Source of the DNA: an uncultured Pseudomonadales bacterium
GTDB taxonomy: Bacteria > Pseudomonadota > Gammaproteobacteria > Pseudomonadales > Porticoccaceae
Direction: 5' to 3'
Assembly: GCA_949372765.1 (NCBI GenBank)
Contig: CASIAU010000001.1
Coordinates: forward strand, 108,747-172,746
Length of the DNA: 64,000 nucleotides
Part shown: positions 63,455-64,000 of the stretch, one piece after another
Position numbering within the stretch: position 1 is the first letter of the stretch
Layout: every line of letters starts with the position of its first letter
Notes under the pieces: model-generated
The model's input: the letters and a program-made list of their open reading frames with translations, nothing else
What the model was told of the DNA's origin: nothing
Database searches by the model: none
Translations under genes and position numbers: made by a program

Positions 63455-63479
63455 GCCTAATTATTTTCCGACTGAGTAC

Positions 63480-64000
63480 TCAGCTCGTGTTTTTTGCCAT
63501 CACCGCTTCGGTAATGTTTTTTGGTGCTTCAGAGTACTTATCAAATTCCATAGTAAAAGTGGCTCTGCCCTGAGTAGCAGAGCGCAGATCCGTTGCATAA
63601 CCGAACATTTCGCCGAGAGGCACCTCAGCGTTAATTACCTTGCCCACCGAACTGTCTTCCATTCCTAAAATAATACCGCGGCGACGATTCAAGTCACCGA
63701 CCACATCACCCATATTAGCCTCAGGCGTAACAATTTCAACTTTCATAGTCGGCTCTAGAAGTACAGCACCACCAAACTCAGTCAGCTGCCTAGTCGCCAG
63801 CGAGCCAGCGATTTTAAATGCCATTTCAGATGAATCAACATCGTGAAAAGAGCCATCATATAAAGTCGCTTTGACACCCAATAGTGGATAACCCGCAAGA
63901 ATCCCGTTCTGCATTTGCTCCTCAATACCTTTAGCAACCGCAGGTATATACTCACGGGGCACACTTCCACCGACGACCTCATTAACAAACTCTAACCCTT
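63480..64000 (-). CDS. fusA: Elongation factor G, canonical str-operon copy; 3' portion only, 5' end lies beyond the window
   Basis: The reading frame stays open to the window edge (...[28 protein letters not shown]...). It is collinear with the C-terminal part of E. coli EF-G ([20 protein letters not shown]...GDVIGDLSRRRG...). Confidence 0.93.
   Translation of the reverse strand, partial: GLEFVNEVVGGSVPREYIPAVAKGIEEQMQNGILAGYPLLGVKATLYDGSFHDVDSSEMAFKIAGSLATRQLTEFGGAVLLEPTMKVEIVTPEANMGDVVGDLNRRRGIILGMEDSSVGKVINAEVPLGEMFGYATDLRSATQGRATFTMEFDKYSEAPKNITEAVMAKNTS

Noticed and set aside
1-64000. Looked for CRISPR arrays, IS elements, transposases, integrases, tRNA or rRNA genes, toxin-antitoxin pairs and defence-island signatures.
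   Set aside because: I found no direct-repeat/spacer arrays, no terminal inverted repeats and no recombinase-like ORFs. I also found no tRNA-like T-arm motifs in intergenic regions. Every ORF over about 90 aa outside shadow frames is accounted for by the genes listed.

Overview
This window looks like ordinary core genome from a gammaproteobacterium, and I see no clear accessory or defence island. The gene order resembles Pseudomonadales/Cellvibrionales: miaB-ybeZ-ybeY-corC-lnt, leuS-lptE-holA, and amgK-murU divergent from lptD-surA-pdxA-rsmA-apaG-apaH.

Contents from left to right:
- 1-6.7 kb: a B12 uptake/salvage operon on the minus strand, led by a cobalamin riboswitch. It runs btuB, a DUF71 PP-loop ATPase, a signal-less BtuF-like protein, cobO, btuC, btuD and btuF (truncated at the window edge).
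- 6.8-12 kb: a small ABM-fold gene and radA. Then comes a near-consensus LexA box in front of an overlapping gene pair (a triple DnaT-domain protein and a lambda-P-like protein), followed by aceK.
- 12-24.7 kb: a 13-gene type II secretion operon on the minus strand, in the order gspE-F-G-H-I-J-K-L-M-C-D-A-B.
- 24.8-45.8 kb: housekeeping genes. These are a DUF1820 gene, miaB, phoH-like, ybeY, corC, lnt, a secreted peroxiredoxin, leuS, lptE and holA. They continue with a DASS permease, vanZ-like, murU, amgK, lptD, surA, pdxA, rsmA, apaG and apaH.
- 45.9-64 kb: the complete alpha, spc and S10 ribosomal protein operons plus tuf. A divergent EF-G paralog is wedged between tuf and the 3' end of the canonical fusA.

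I saw no rRNA, tRNA, CRISPR array, IS element, transposase or integrase.

The best candidate for something undescribed is the pair at 8.4-10.3 kb. It sits behind the LexA box and mirrors the logic of the E. coli dnaT-dnaC operon. A second candidate is the DUF71 plus cytoplasmic BtuF-like pair inside the B12 operon.

All homology statements rest on reading the translations and on remembered family motifs. No database search was run.
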